Assembly (NCBI GenBank): GCA_013239625.1 | Contig: MU054001.1 | Coordinates: 248,001-312,000 of the forward strand | Source: Lama guanicoe | Taxonomy: Eukaryota | Reading direction: 5' to 3' | DNA: 64,000 bases | Part shown: in pieces, positions 13,020 to 25,990 of the stretch | Numbering within the stretch: the first letter of the stretch is position 1 | Layout: each line of letters starts with the position of its first letter | Translations under genes and position numbers: made by a program | The notes under the pieces: generated by a model | What the model saw: the letters and a program-made list of their open reading frames with translations, nothing else | Told to the model about the DNA's origin: nothing | Databases searched by the model: none

Positions 13020-16000
13020 ATAATTGAGATTTCCTTGCCACCCAGAAGATAGCAAGATAGTCCACTGGGCTTTGCTCCTCTCCTTCAGGAGGGCGGCTGC
13101 AACTGCGAGCTGCTTCTTAGAAAGGAGCTGCCGGCAGCTTCAGATGGGAGGCTGTCAGATGCTGGACCCGGCTGGCGACGCTAGGGAGCAGACCGACACA
13201 AGGATTATGGATGCGCTGCAGACTCCCCGTCTGAAGAGGCAGAAGCCGCTGCAAATAAATGAAAGCGTTGTCTGTTTCCTCCTTTATTTCGGTTCTGGAT
13301 ATTGCCACAGAGTGGGGAAGAAAAGAAGGAAGGAGGGCATGTTTCATGCTCAAAGGCTCCTGCGTGTTTGAGTCAAACGGATCGGGGCCCTGGTATAAAA
13401 AAGGCAAGAGCAGCAGCCAAGGAGGAGGAGAGGATATTTTTGTACCTTGGTTCTCCGGTGACTGAGCCCTGGAGGAGAGGATGTAGATCTTCCCGTAGGT
13501 GAGGCTGTGGCCTGTCCTAGGACCTGAATGAAATCTACATCTATAATCAAGGGACGTGGACGCCATTTTCCTAACTGATGTCCGAATAACCTTAGTAAGC
13601 TGGTTCCTTCCAATCGCTCGTCAGTAGGGGAACGAATGAGTGAAAAATAAATTTAAAAAATTTAGAAATCACAAAATGGAATACTAACAGAGATGACATA
13701 AGTTGTGGAGTGGGAAAAGCTGGTTGTAGAATTTCATAAACACATCTGGTGATACTGTGCTGACTTAGGGAGCCCCATACATTTAGTAACAGTACAGAAC
13801 TGAGGGCGAGAAGAAAACATACAACCTCCAGCCCAGTCTCTGGGGAAGGAGAAGGGAAGGAAAAGGGGTTAAGACAGAGAGAGGGGACAGAAAGGACTTA
13901 TTTTATGTGCATTGATTTATGTCTATTAAAAAGATCTGTTGCAAATATGACATTAAATTTTTTTTTCTTTCTGGGTTGTAGGAGGTTTTTTTTTTAATTC
14001 TCTGAATTTTTTTTGTTTTTCAGGCAATGCTTTTTTAAAGAAAAATAATTGGAAATATGAATGTGTAACCCACAGACAGAAGTCCACTTTCAACATAGCT
14101 CAGGCCTTGGGCCCATAAGCCCCTAAGTCAGAATATAGCTCAAAAGTTGCAGAAGTCAGTCACCTTTATAGTTTCAAATTGCACCATTTGGGTGTAATTG
14201 AGTCACTTTTCTCCCCCGCCCCTCTCCTTTTAGTCAAATTAAACTTATTGATTAGAACCCATTAGTATGTAATGGATTGTTAATTTGACTCTTTTTACAA
14301 ATCATATTTATCTGCACCAATAAAATATTTGGATTTAATATTCAGATGTCACATTTATGGTGATGTTGATGGAGGGCCAAGCAATTTGAAGTGAAAGCAG
14401 GCAACTTGTCCTTTATTCACACAAGGGAAAATGCCCAATTAGCTGCTCGGACTCTTCCAAAGGTGGGAAGCTTAAATATAAAAAAAATTAGAGCAAAGGA
14501 GAGAGAGGTCCCCTGCCCCCGGCTTTTTCTGTAAGCTTGAAACTCCATATGATGTTTGCATCTTCCTTAGCCATGGACTAGAACTGGGGTACTCCAGCGC
14601 GGTGTTCGATTTATCGGTAATGTGGTTGCAAAGCCTCTGTTAGCAAGAAGAGTCTGATTTTTGGTAACCATCAGCTGAGCTGTGGCTTCTTGTCATCATT
14701 TTACTTATTGAGGAAAACAGAACCTAAAGAAAGATCCACTCCTTGCCTTCTATGGCTGGCAGAAAGCAGTTAGTAGGCAGTGGCTCGAAGGGAAGCCAAA
14801 AACATACTTTCTGTATGTTGTGAATGTGTATTTACTGAATACTGCAGGTGATAATGGCTCCTAGGAATGCAGGACACCAAATTGAAAACTGCTACCGTTT
14901 ATCGAATGCCTCTTCCCTGCCTGGCTCCCGGGGTGATGATAAAAATATCTAACAACCAGTCCAGCATAAGCACCCACCAACTGGAGCGGAAGCCAGCCAA
15001 AAACAAAACAGCTGGTTAGGTCTGGTAAGTCGTCCTGGTGTCCCAGCTGAGTTTCTGTCCTGCTAGTTTCCTGAACAGGAAATGTAACACCTAAGTTCAT
15101 TTAATGCTCCATTATAGGAGCTGTATTTGCCTAGGCTAACAATGTGTTCGATGATTTTCTTTCTTTCCTTTTTTTTTTTTTGCCTTTAAAACATTTTGTT
15201 TTTATATTTGTACCAGTCTTAATGCATATAGTTTTCTGTTTGGTTTTGGTTTTGGTTTTTGCCACTTCTTCCAAACCTTCTGAGGAACCAGAAGGCTCTA
15301 TGTTTTAAATAAATAAAAAATAAATACATGCTTTCCCTGATCCTGGCCAAATCCCATTATAAAGTGAACCAAGGTACCATCAAAATTCCTTTGTTGCCCA
15401 GGGGTTACCCTATCAATATTGTATAAAGCAAGCAGGTCATTGGCTAGGTCTCAGAATTCTTTCTGTTATTTCAAGGATTTGGGGTGATGTTTGTTGTAAT
15501 GAGAGCCAATCTGTAAAAATAAAATCTCTTTTTGCAAAGTGAAAACAGAAAAGCCTTGCACAGCCAGTGCTGGGCTGTGACAATATTTTGTCCATGGTCT
15601 TTGCAGACAAAGAGCTAGGCTGGCCATCATTAATGATGGACCATGATCGCTACAACTTTTTTGACAGCCGGCTTCAGTAGAAACTCTACGCGGTCTCATG
15701 TCAAGTCATTTTACTGAGCTCAGGAAATTTCCATTTGTCACTGAGCAGCCATGTGTCAGAAGCCAGATGCTTTGAACACAAATTGTGATTTTTTTTTTCA
15801 GTATCTCCTAAGAATGTACGTTCTTTCACCACTATGAAATGACCTAGTTTTTGAAACAGTAACCTTTATAAAAACAAAACAAAACTATTAACATTCAAGT
15901 TTTCATATTGAATACCATCATAATTTTGTTTTCTCTACGAAACTCAATCCCCTTCATAAGCCGGCATTATTTTAGATAAGGAGGGAGGGTGAGCCAGGAC

Positions 16001-18564
16001 ACAGAGAGGAAGCGGGAGGTTTCCCTGGACTCGGCACAAATTTGGTGTCAGAAGCAGAAATTGCTCCTTTTAATACGAGGCTAATAGTTACATTAGTTCC
16101 TTTACAGCCTAGGTTCTAGGGGATAGATTTTTTTACCCAGATACGTTCTGGCTCTGGACTGAATTGTAAAATGCTAGAGAACAAGGAATAGATTCCATTT
16201 GTTTATTTCTCTCTGCGGGACCTAACAAAATAAGGATTTGTTGATTCCACGGTAGACTTGGGGGTGAGAAATATCCCTACAATCTTGACCAAGTTACTTC
16301 AAACTCTGGCAGTGCTGTTTTATCATCTCTGGACTGAGATGGTAATATTTTGAGGATTATTGAAACGTTGGGCAATTCTTGTGCTATTCGGCTGTTGTAG
16401 GAACTGAATAACACGGTGAAAACATTTATAAAATACATAATCATGATTCATACAGTAAGTTATACTCCCTTAGGCAAAGATGTTCTATAAACCACAAAGT
16501 ATTTGGCCACTGCAACATTTCAGACATCTTAAGATACTTACATATCATGAGATTTCTAAATAGTTTAATAGTTAAATGAATTTAACTTTGAAAGTTACCT
16601 AATATTCTGTGAGGTTTGAGGTCAGAACTTGTTTTTCTTTTTTTGTGTTTGAATGGGCTTCATTCTGGTTGATGCAAGCAAGTTAGGATGGGTACTTAAT
16701 GGCATATCATAAAGGATTTAACTTAATTCCACCGTAATGAATTAATTCTCCCAGTGACACTGTTTTCATTATAGATTTAATGACATCACCTTGGCCAAGA
16801 TTCAGGAATCCAGAGCTCTAAGTTCCCTGAATTATCTAAAAACGAACATGGAAAGATGATTCTGCTTTGTGTTTCTGTGTACTCCAACGGCGGATAAGAG
16901 CACATGGGGAACATCTCTTATTTTGAGTAGTTGAGTTAAAAATAAAACTCCTGACACCAGTGAGGGAATTGGATCCCACATTCTCTTAAATTGTCTTTAG
17001 GGAGCTTCATTTTACAAAACACGAAACCAAGAAGAAGAAAGCTCTGATGTTTCTTTTCACTTGCTTATGTCATGGTTATTTGCTGTAAACATAAAAGGAT
17101 AAATATGCAATCTCAAATCATAAGCCAGGAACAAGTTTTTACCAGCAAAGGAAAGGGGGAGTGGGTGCAAAAAATATGGATGCTGTGTTTTTAAGGACTG
17201 TGTTTGATTTCCTTTTGGATTTGTTTATTTTGTGGAATTAGAGGGATGGTGCATCCTATTTTTATAGGCTTGTATTGTTACCCCAGGAATGTTTTGGCAG
17301 ATGCAAAATTAGAAACAAATTTTGCGTGTTCTCCAGTGCCCTTCAGGCCTTAAAGGACAGGAACAAAGTGTGGTGGTTTGTCATCAGGACTCCAGGAAGC
17401 CACAAGGAAACAGAGCTTAAGAACCAAATTGTTCAGAATTGGGAAGAAATGAAAAATGTGCAGCAGATGCTCTCAGCCCCGAAGTGTAAGCTTCAGGAAG
17501 AAGGGACCACCAGTAATGCTAATTGGTCTTGAACAATGGCTGCTTGCACAGAGACACGAGAGAGAGCCTGGTTTCCCTCTGATTCTGTTCTATAGACATC
17601 TTTCCAGGATTTGAAATAGATAATTGTAGACACAAAGATACACTTGGCCTAATTTGCCAGCCTATTGGAGTCATGGATGTCACCCCGCATGTCTGCATGT
17701 GTGCAGATGGTTCCTGCCGGCTTCAATAAAATTGGAAAACACAAAATCTGTATTTTTTTTTCTTTCAGACTATTGAAAGGGGCTGGTTGTCAGTGCCCTG
17801 GTTGTTGAAATGAGAAATGTTATGCTGATTTTTTTTTAGAAGTGTTCTTTATGCTTTAGGCCATCAGCCCCATCACATGTAGTTATTTGGGCTAAATTAA
17901 GGGATAGGAAATTAGAGCCAATCAGTAGATCACTGTATAGAAAGTAGAACCAATCACTAAACAAATCTGAATTAGCGAAAGCTTTAGCAGAGCAGACATC
18001 ATTTCCGAATTCCATTTGTAAGCAGCACTTCTGCTTTAATCAGTTAAGTGTTTATTAATTTGCAAACATTGTTCTTTAAGTATCAACTTTCTGACTTTTT
18101 TGGCTGATCCAGGTACAACTTATACTAGTATTCACCTATTTTTTTCTGTTCAAACAGACTTCGTTGTTTAAGTAAATAAATTAATTTTTAAGAGAAAATT
18201 TATATCACTTCCATAAATGGGAGGAAAACCCACCAATGACACTGCTTACCACCTTTACAAAGTAACCATCAAAATAATTGTTGCTTGCCTAAGGCTTTGT
18301 GAGTCCCAGGCCTTCTCTTTCTTCATTAAAAAGGGAGGTTATTGGTGTCCTGTGTCAGAAAGTTGCTAAAGATGTGTTAGTACCAGTGGAGAACATCTCT
18401 TTGATAATCAGAAGAATGTAAAGAACAGTGAAAAAAAGACTATGATTTGACTTCACTCAAAGTGCTCACCATGGTCCCATTCCTCTGGGCAGGAACCAGA
18501 AAACAGTTTTGCTTTTAAAATGCTTGCCTGCTGGGTTACAGAATATTTGCCCATTAGAATTGTT

Positions 18565-18600
18565 TATCTATCTATCTGTCTATCTATCTATCTATCTACT
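18565..18600. repeat. (TCTA)n microsatellite
   Basis: tatctatctatctgtctatctatctatctatct. Confidence 0.85.
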
Positions 18601-18669
18601 ATTTTTCTAGAGATGTGCTGAATTTTGTCATATGCACACTAAGTTTCATAGGAATTTAGAAAACAGCTA

Positions 18670-18860
18670 ATTAGCAGCTGCCTTTGATCGAGTGCTTGTT
18701 TTGTGTGGGCACTGTGTGAAACGTTTCTCATGTACTCTCAGATTTAATCTTTACAGTAAATCTAATTACACAGGCATCCCACTTTACAGATGTGGAAACT
18801 GAGGCCAAGAGAAGTTAACAGGCCCAAAATCACACAGGTGATAACCCAATTTAGGCTGCC
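18670..18860 (-). mobile_element. MIR SINE
   Basis: catcccactttacagatgtggaaactgaggccaagagaagttaa core. Confidence 0.7.
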
Positions 18861-18969
18861 TACAATGTAGGAAGTCTTAGTGTCTACATTTTACAACAAA
18901 TAAAGCTTTTTTTCTCTTGGTATTTTATTTATAGACAAATATAAACTCACTTCCAGAAAACTTCCCTTT

Positions 18970-19390
18970 TGTATTGGTTAGCTATTACAACAACAGTGCT
19001 GCGTAACAAGCCATGCCAAAACTCAGGGAGTTGAAACAATAATTGTTTATTATCACTTATACGTCTGTGGGTTGATTGGAGAGATTCTGCTTCAGGACAG
19101 AGCAGCTGAGATAGCTCTGCTCCACATGTCTCTCATTCTCCTCCTTCAGGAACATTCAGGCCAGCCAGGATATGATCTTAGAGTGATGGCAGAGAAGCAA
19201 AAGGGCAAGTCTGTCTTTGCAAGCACAACTGCACAAGCACATTTCAAACCTCTGGTCACATCATCTTTGTGAACATCTTGTTAGCCAAAACAAGTTACAG
19301 GGCTGAGCTCAAAGTCAAAGGACGGGGAAATATACAACAATGTGACAAATGGCATTGACATAGGGAGAGGTGATGAATCAGGGCCAATAG
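18970..19390 (-). mobile_element. MLT1-family (MaLR) LTR
   Basis: tgtattggttagctatt...gctgcgtaacaagccatgccaaaactcag...ttagccaaaacaagttac...aaagtcaaagg. Confidence 0.7.
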
Positions 19391-20289
19391 ACTCCAGTCC
19401 CTCTTTTTAAGCACAGGAATATATCCCCTCCTGTGACTTTATTGGGTACTCTCGATCTGGTAACGTTATTTACAGGTATATCATTCTCCTTTCCATTGGG
19501 AGGGCTCCTTGGGGGCTGAGTTCCTGCTGATTTAATCTCTGTCATCCCTATGAACTTATTAGTGTCTTTAGGTCAGACACAAGGATTCCCTGCTGCTCCA
19601 TGAGTTCGTCCCAGGGCGCTGAGGGCAGTCCTGTGCCTGCTGTGGGAAGAACTTGATTAAATTTGAACTGTAACTAGTCCTTACATTGGCACTATATTTT
19701 GTGGTTTTAAGAAGCATTTTACAAATTGGAATTGTGTGCCATTGACTCAGTAAGTCCATATTCCCTGGGACTGATTTTAAAAGAAAATAAATAGTAAAAA
19801 TATATTGAAAATATTAAAACACAAAGATGTCCATGACAGTGATTTTTATAATAGCAGAAGTTTTGTAGCAAAGCCAAGATCCAACAGTAGGGAACTGTTT
19901 AAGTAAATAGTGCTCTTGTGTAGCCATTTCAATGATGTAAAAGTACATATGGAATAATATTAAACAGAAAATAAAATGCCAAACTGCATATAACCTATGA
20001 CCAGAACATGAAAGTGCAATTTTTTCCCCAAAAGCACAACCCCAACCCCAAATCATGAATGATAACAAACTAGAAAAAAAAATCCACACCATTAGTTGCT
20101 TTGGGTTGTGTAGATTTTAGGTAATGGGTTTTAAAATCTGTATCTGGGAATTTCTCTATTTTGTTGAACAAGTACTTATTACAGAGCCAGCCTCTTATTT
20201 CTTCTTAATTATTGTTATTTCTAATTATTGTTACTTCTTGAACATTGTTACTGCTGATCCTGAGATAATTTATATCTGTGTGATGGAAG

Positions 20290-20478
20290 TGCTATGTGAC
20301 ATGTGCTATTCCAGCTGTGTCACTTTACCCAACTTCATGGTCTGTGATGTTATACTGGTAGCTCGAAATTGGCATGAGTATTTATTTACCCTCTGTGAAT
20401 CAGCCCATTTTAGGACAGGGTTTCCCTTTTCTCCATTCTACAGAGCCAGCCAGTTGTTAGACCAATGCACCAACACCT
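20290..20478. mobile_element. MER63-like hAT DNA transposon remnant
   Basis: gtgatgttatactggtagctcgaaattggcatgagtattta...gagccagccagttgtta resembles the MER63 consensus as I recall it. Confidence 0.45.
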
Positions 20479-21379
20479 GGAGCTGCCCTTCAGAGCCACT
20501 CACTCTAGTGGCCATTAAGTCATGTGGTTGAATCAGGCAGCCCATTGCTGTGGGAGACCAGAGGGTGGAGCTACCTCTGGGTCCCTGAGAAGCCACCATC
20601 TCATGAGGTTGCATGAGGAAAGCAGAGTTGAACCTGGGTGAGGAAGAGCCCCGGACTGAGATCAGTGTTGTGCTCTCAGGGCATTTGAGACTCGGCTATC
20701 CGACTCGGTTGCTGTCTTGCAAGTGGCCCTGTGACAGACGTGAATGAATGAATCAACTTTTCTTCTGTGCTGGTGGAGGCCATCAGATGAGAGACAAAGA
20801 GGAAGGAGGTGGGCAGTTGCTAGGGAGGGAGAAGAAAAGAAGAGGTCTGTGGCAATTTCCTCCCGGGGAATTTTAATAACTACTATTTGAAAAAATAGAA
20901 ATTTATTCTCATGGTTTAAAATATTCTGAACCAGGATCTATGAAGTGTGAAAAGCAGAGTCATCTTCTCCATTCCCTCCCCAGCTGTGGATTCCTAGGCA
21001 GCCTTCCAGACATTTCTATGCAGATGCAGAGTTTCCCATTCTCTCCCCACCCCAACCCTCTCTGTGTTTTTCAGTAACTTGCTTTTTTTTCCTTGTTGTT
21101 CACTTAATGGCATAGCCAGGCTCTGCAGAGAGGCAGTGCAACCCAGCATCGAGAGCATCACTTAGGAGCCAGACAGCCTTGGCTCATCAACTACCAGCAG
21201 GATAACCTTAGACATGTTGCTCCCCTTTCTGATTCAGTTTCCCAATCTATAAAATGAAAACAGAGTAAAAGCTCCTGTCTCATAGGACTGTGTGAGCCTT
21301 CTGTTCATGAATATATGTCAAGTGTTAGAGAGGAAGTTGTATGTGTTATCTTTCTACATCAAACCATTTCTCTCACCTA

Positions 21380-22380
21380 CCATTCCATTATATGAATGTA
21401 CTAAACTATATTTAAGCAGATCCCTTTATATTTAGGTTATTTCCAGTTTTTTTTTTGCTACTACAAACAGTGCTGTAATGTACTTAGACAAATATATTTG
21501 CACAATTGTGTGAGTTTACACATGAGAAAAACATTCCTGAGAGTGAAACCACTGAGTCAAAATTTCATGGCTACTACCAGTCTTTCCAAATCAGGTCGCA
21601 ACAAGTATATGCTTTCCAAACAGGGCATCAGAATGCCTGTTACGTTTCAAAGGCAACAATGGTGGGCATTATCCAACCGTCTCATATCTGCCAGTGCAGT
21701 GAGTGAAGTGTTATCTTATATTTACTAATATGTTTAACCGTCGGTCATATTTTTTATTATCCATTAATATTTCTTTAAAAAACATGAATGTTTATGTATT
21801 TTGCCCTTTTCTTTATATTTTTGTAGTTTGTCTTCTTTGGACACACAAAATATTGTTATGCAATCAAATGTATCAGTCTTTAACGTAACAGTTTCTGGCT
21901 GGTATGTCATATATAGAATAGCGTTCTTCTGCCATTTTATTAAAATACATTATGTAGATTCACTGTCAGTTCTTTTGTGGTTTTACATTTTCTATCTAAA
22001 TACTTGAGACATCTGTAATAGTTGTAAAAAGTGCATTACTAATTAATCTCATTTATTTCCAAGTTCCAATCTCATTTATTTAGCCAGTTTTCCTAGCACC
22101 GTTTATTGAGTAAGCCAGAGTTTCTTCAAATTAAGGTAATACTTTTATTACGTGTAAGATCTCCATATGTATTTAGCTTGAATTCTTCTAATTCATTAAT
22201 CTGCCTCCTTAGTTCTGCTCCAGGGCCAGACTGTTTTAATTTCTGCAGCTTCAAAATATGTTTTAATATGCAATAGTGCTAGTTTCCTTCAATATTTTTT
22301 ATTTTCAGAATTTTCCTGGCTATCTTCTAAGATTGTTTTTCCATATGAATTTTGGTATCCTTATGTCAGGTTGCTCCAAC
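21380..22380 (-). mobile_element. Old L1M fragments
   Basis: tttaggttatttccagttttt...ctacaaacagtgctgtaatg; ttcctagcaccgtttattga; ttgtttttccatatgaattttgg. Confidence 0.55.
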
Positions 22381-22409
22381 AAAACCTATAAATGTTTAAT
22401 TAATAATCT

Positions 22410-22540
22410 CCTCCTTGATGCATGTATTAATTAACCCAATGGGGGAAAGTCCTTTCACAATGTGTACAAATATCAAATCATTACATTGTACACTTTAAAT
22501 ATCACAATTTTAATAAAACTCAATTAAACTGGGAAAAATT
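22410..22540 (+). mobile_element. L1MA/MB-type 3' terminal fragment
   Basis: ctttcacaatgtgtacaaatatcaaatcattacattgtacactttaaatat...aactcaattaaactgggaaaaa. Confidence 0.65.
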
Positions 22541-23243
22541 ATCACCTCCTTCTTTGAAAAGATTTTTCTGTGCCATTTTTCTTTTATTCCTCATAATAAT
22601 GCTGGGAATTCCTCTTTATAGGTAGAAAACCTGAGGCTCAGAGAAGTGATGACATTTGCCCATAGTCACTCAGCTGACTCTGGAGCAGTTAGCACCACAA
22701 AGCGCTCCAGAACTTCTTGCTAATATTATGTATTAAGTACAAGCATGCTGCTGCTTTGGGCTGCTGACTTAAGAAGGGAGGGAAAAAAAATGATAAGACT
22801 TTGATCTCATGTTTTAAATCTGGCTGTTAAAAATAGATAGAATTTCAGCTTAACTATACTAATGATTTTTTTCCCTATGCAAATTATATCGGTTTCTTAG
22901 CAACAGAACAAATAAGTGTTTCTCCTCCAATTCTGTGTATGTTAGTTTAGAGAAGGCACACAATAAGTTAATTAGAGAGTGGTTGGGGGTGATTCGTAAA
23001 TGTCATATTAACATGTTACTAGCTTTGTAGCGACTGAAGACTTAAAAATAAATGGATGCCATTTGCTGGCATGGTTGATTTTTTATTTTTTTGTCTTTAG
23101 AACATTTCCCCAGCTAATATTTGGAATAAAAATTTGGAAGTGATATGTGATGCCTTTAGTTGCAACTTCTAATTACATACATATGTGCTCAGTTTTGAGG
23201 AAAACAGATATATAAAAATCTAACCTGCAAATGAGGAGAAAAC

Positions 23244-23281
23244 AGAATATTGTTTAGAATATTGTTAGAATATTGTTAGAA
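23244..23281. repeat. Short tandem repeat (agaatattgtt)x3
   Basis: Read directly from the sequence. Confidence 0.85.
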
Positions 23282-23390
23282 CCCCAGTGTATCAGAGGTA
23301 GTCCTTATAACCCTTTTGTTTTACCAGGGGGACAACTTGGGCTTAGACGGGGCAAATGACCTACGCAAGTCCCCGGTGTCTGCGCTTGGC

Positions 23391-24530
23391 TGTGAGATTA
23401 TAGAAAATACCTATGGTCTTTGCCCCTGGTTCCTGGCACAGAGGAAACCCTTGTAATTTTCTAAGTGGTAAGAACACTAGGAGCATCTCTTGTTCTAATA
23501 TTGGTCTTTGACCTCTCTTTCTGATCCAGAGCTCCTGAAACCCTTGTAATTTCCTGGGTGATGGAGTGTCTTTTGTTCTAATGAAGTGACTCTGGGTGGG
23601 CTCCTGGATGAGGGCTGCTCACCAAAATGACCACCTCATGATTAAAAGTTTAGAATTTTCTGCCCCACCACCCTCCACCCCCATTCTCTAGAAAAGAGAG
23701 AGGGATGGAAACAGAGTCCATGATTGATTATGCTTATGTGATGAAGCCTCTATAAAACCCCCAAAATACAAGGTTTGAGAGCTTCAGGGTTGGTGAACAT
23801 GTGGAGGTGCTGGGAGAGTGGTGCCCCTGGACAGGGCATGGAAGCACCGTATCCTTTCCCACATTCCTTGCCCTACATATCTCTTCCATCTGGATGTCTA
23901 TCTGTCCATCCTTTATCGTATCCCTTCATAAACTGGTAAACATAAGTGTTTCCCCGAATTCTGTGAGCCACTCTAGCAAAATCATCAGACCCAAGGAGGA
24001 GGTCACTGGAACCTCCAATCCATAGCCAGTTGGTCAGAGCACAGGTGACAACCTGGCTTGCAACTGGCATTTGAAGTGTGTGCATTGGAGGCAGTCCGGT
24101 GGAACTGCATACTTACCCTTTGGGATCTGACACTATCTGCAGGTAGATAGTGTCAGAAGTGAGTTAAATTGTGGGATACCAGCAGGTGTCATGGAGAATC
24201 GCTTGTTATTGGGGGGAAAAACTTGGTCCTTGGGTGTTAGTGCTGGCCTCTCTCATGGGTACCATTGTTCATCACTTTGCAATAAAAAATAAAATAAATA
24301 ACCTGTGGATGAGGAGTTTCTAAGAACAAAAGTCTTGAGATATTGTCCATTTTGAAAGTTTTCATTCATTAAAGAAGGATGAACCACTCTTGAAATTTGT
24401 TTCAAAATCATTTGATGACCAGAAGTGTCAGAAGTGAAGCACTTTTTGTGAGTGTGGCAGTCGTGTGAGAGTAAAGGAGACACAGAGGGAAGAAATATAC
24501 AGTAGAAAAGAGCTGGATTTTTCCCTATAT
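23391..24530. mobile_element. MER21-like ERV LTR, apparently interrupted at about 24222-24408
   Basis: ggtctttgcccctggttcctggcacagag, internal repeat gaaacccttgtaattt, gagcttcagggttggtgaaca, tagccagttggtcagagcacaggtgacaacctgg, agatagtgtcagaa. Confidence 0.75.
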
Positions 24531-25112
24531 AGGGGGGAAGTTGAGTTTTCCCTTTATGCTGGCGAAGTTTCTACTCAAACCCAGGGCTCCCTATTTTGTC
24601 TGCCATCCTTCACTTTCATGCCAGGGCCTGCCTCTATATTCCTTAAATTACCAGTTCTTTACTGTATGTTGGTAAGATTTTGTTTATACTTCTGTCTGTT
24701 CTGGACTTGATTTCTGCCAAAAGTTACCCTTCTGTTCCTTGCTCCCACCATGGGTGAGCTGCATGATATCTGATTCAAGAACTGATTTCAGGGAAGAGGG
24801 AAGGTGTATTGAGGGGAAGAATTCTATCATACCCAGGATAAATTCCGAGGTCTAAAAGCTGAAAAAAAGCTTTGAGAAAAAAATTAATTGATTCATTAAA
24901 ATAATAACTTATCTCCTATTTTGATTGTTTCAATTGCATGCTGTATTAAGTTTCAGCCTATATTTATCTCTGTTTAAACCACCACCCTTATTTTGATTAT
25001 TAAAAAATCTAAGACAAAGACTGTCTCTATATTTTACATCACCTAGCAAAAGGAGGAAGAACAGTTAAACAAACAATGATACAAACTCTGTATTCAGAGA
25101 TAAAAACAAAAT

Positions 25113-25480
25113 TTGTGTCTGTTAGGAACGCACTTAGCTGCAAGTAACAGAAAATTCGACCAATAGTGGCTTAAAGCAAAGGACATTGTTTACATTACAT
25201 TAAGTCTGAATACATGCAGTTCCAGTATTGGTTGTGAAGATAAATGAATTTGGGGTTGAAGTTGTGCTCCCAGCTGTGCCACTGTCCCAGATCTCATGAC
25301 CTCATGTTGAGCTGTCCAAAGGCAGGAAACACATGGAGGCCAGGAAGTGAGTGGTCTCCTTATGAATCACCTTCCTTGTAACAGGAAAGAAAAATCTTTG
25401 CCAGAAGCCCCCGGTGGTGTTCTGTTACATATCATCGGCCACAGCAAAACCAACCATAGCTGCAGTGATAACAAGGAAAA
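25113..25480 (-). mobile_element. Old MLT1 (J/K/L-like) LTR fragment
   Basis: gttaggaacgcacttagctgcaagtaacagaaaa...agtggcttaaa. Confidence 0.55.
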
Positions 25481-25559
25481 CTAGTTCGCTGGGAGGCAGG
25501 CAAGGATGCAGCGGTTGGGCGTGCTGCTGACTGGCAGCCTGCAATGCCTACCACGTTCT

Positions 25560-25990
25560 GGTCCTGCTAGCAGAATGCCCAGCCCCTATCCCTTTGGCAC
25601 TCACTTTTTTGTACACTGTCCATGCTAATTGCATTCTACTGTGAGGGGCCAAGGACTTTCTCTTGCCTACAAGTTGGCAGTCCCTTGTGCTGGGGAGTTA
25701 TGCCTCTGGGAGTAAATTGGACATGGAAGACAAATTAGAGATGGAGGATTCATACCCCAGCTTCCTCGCCCTTGAGTGGGACCAAACTAAGACATATTTC
25801 TTACCAGTTCCCAGTGGTTTCCAATGGAACTGAGCCCCAGTTGCCCACTGATGTGTCCATGCACTCCAAACTGGCCTCCTTGTTTCTCTACCCTCCCACT
25901 GGTACTTCCTGAGGTCATCTTCCAAAGAAACCATTTGTATTCAAGTCTTGCTTTCAAGTTAACTTCCAGGGGAAATCCAGCCTAGGATAT
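25560..25990 (+). mobile_element. LTR16-like ERVL LTR fragment
   Basis: gagccccagttgcccac...ggtacttcctgaggtcatcttccaaagaaaccatttgtattcaagtcttg...ttccaggggaaatccagcctagga. Confidence 0.55.

Noticed and set aside
17684..17696. 13-mer CCCGCATGTCTGC shared with 49659-49671
   Set aside because: Tens of exact 13-mer matches are expected by chance in 64 kb, and the flanks do not align.
17876..17881. ACATGT Irx-binding words suggesting autoregulation (also near 47164 and 63921)
   Set aside because: A 6-mer seen only at scattered positions, as expected by chance, with no clustering.
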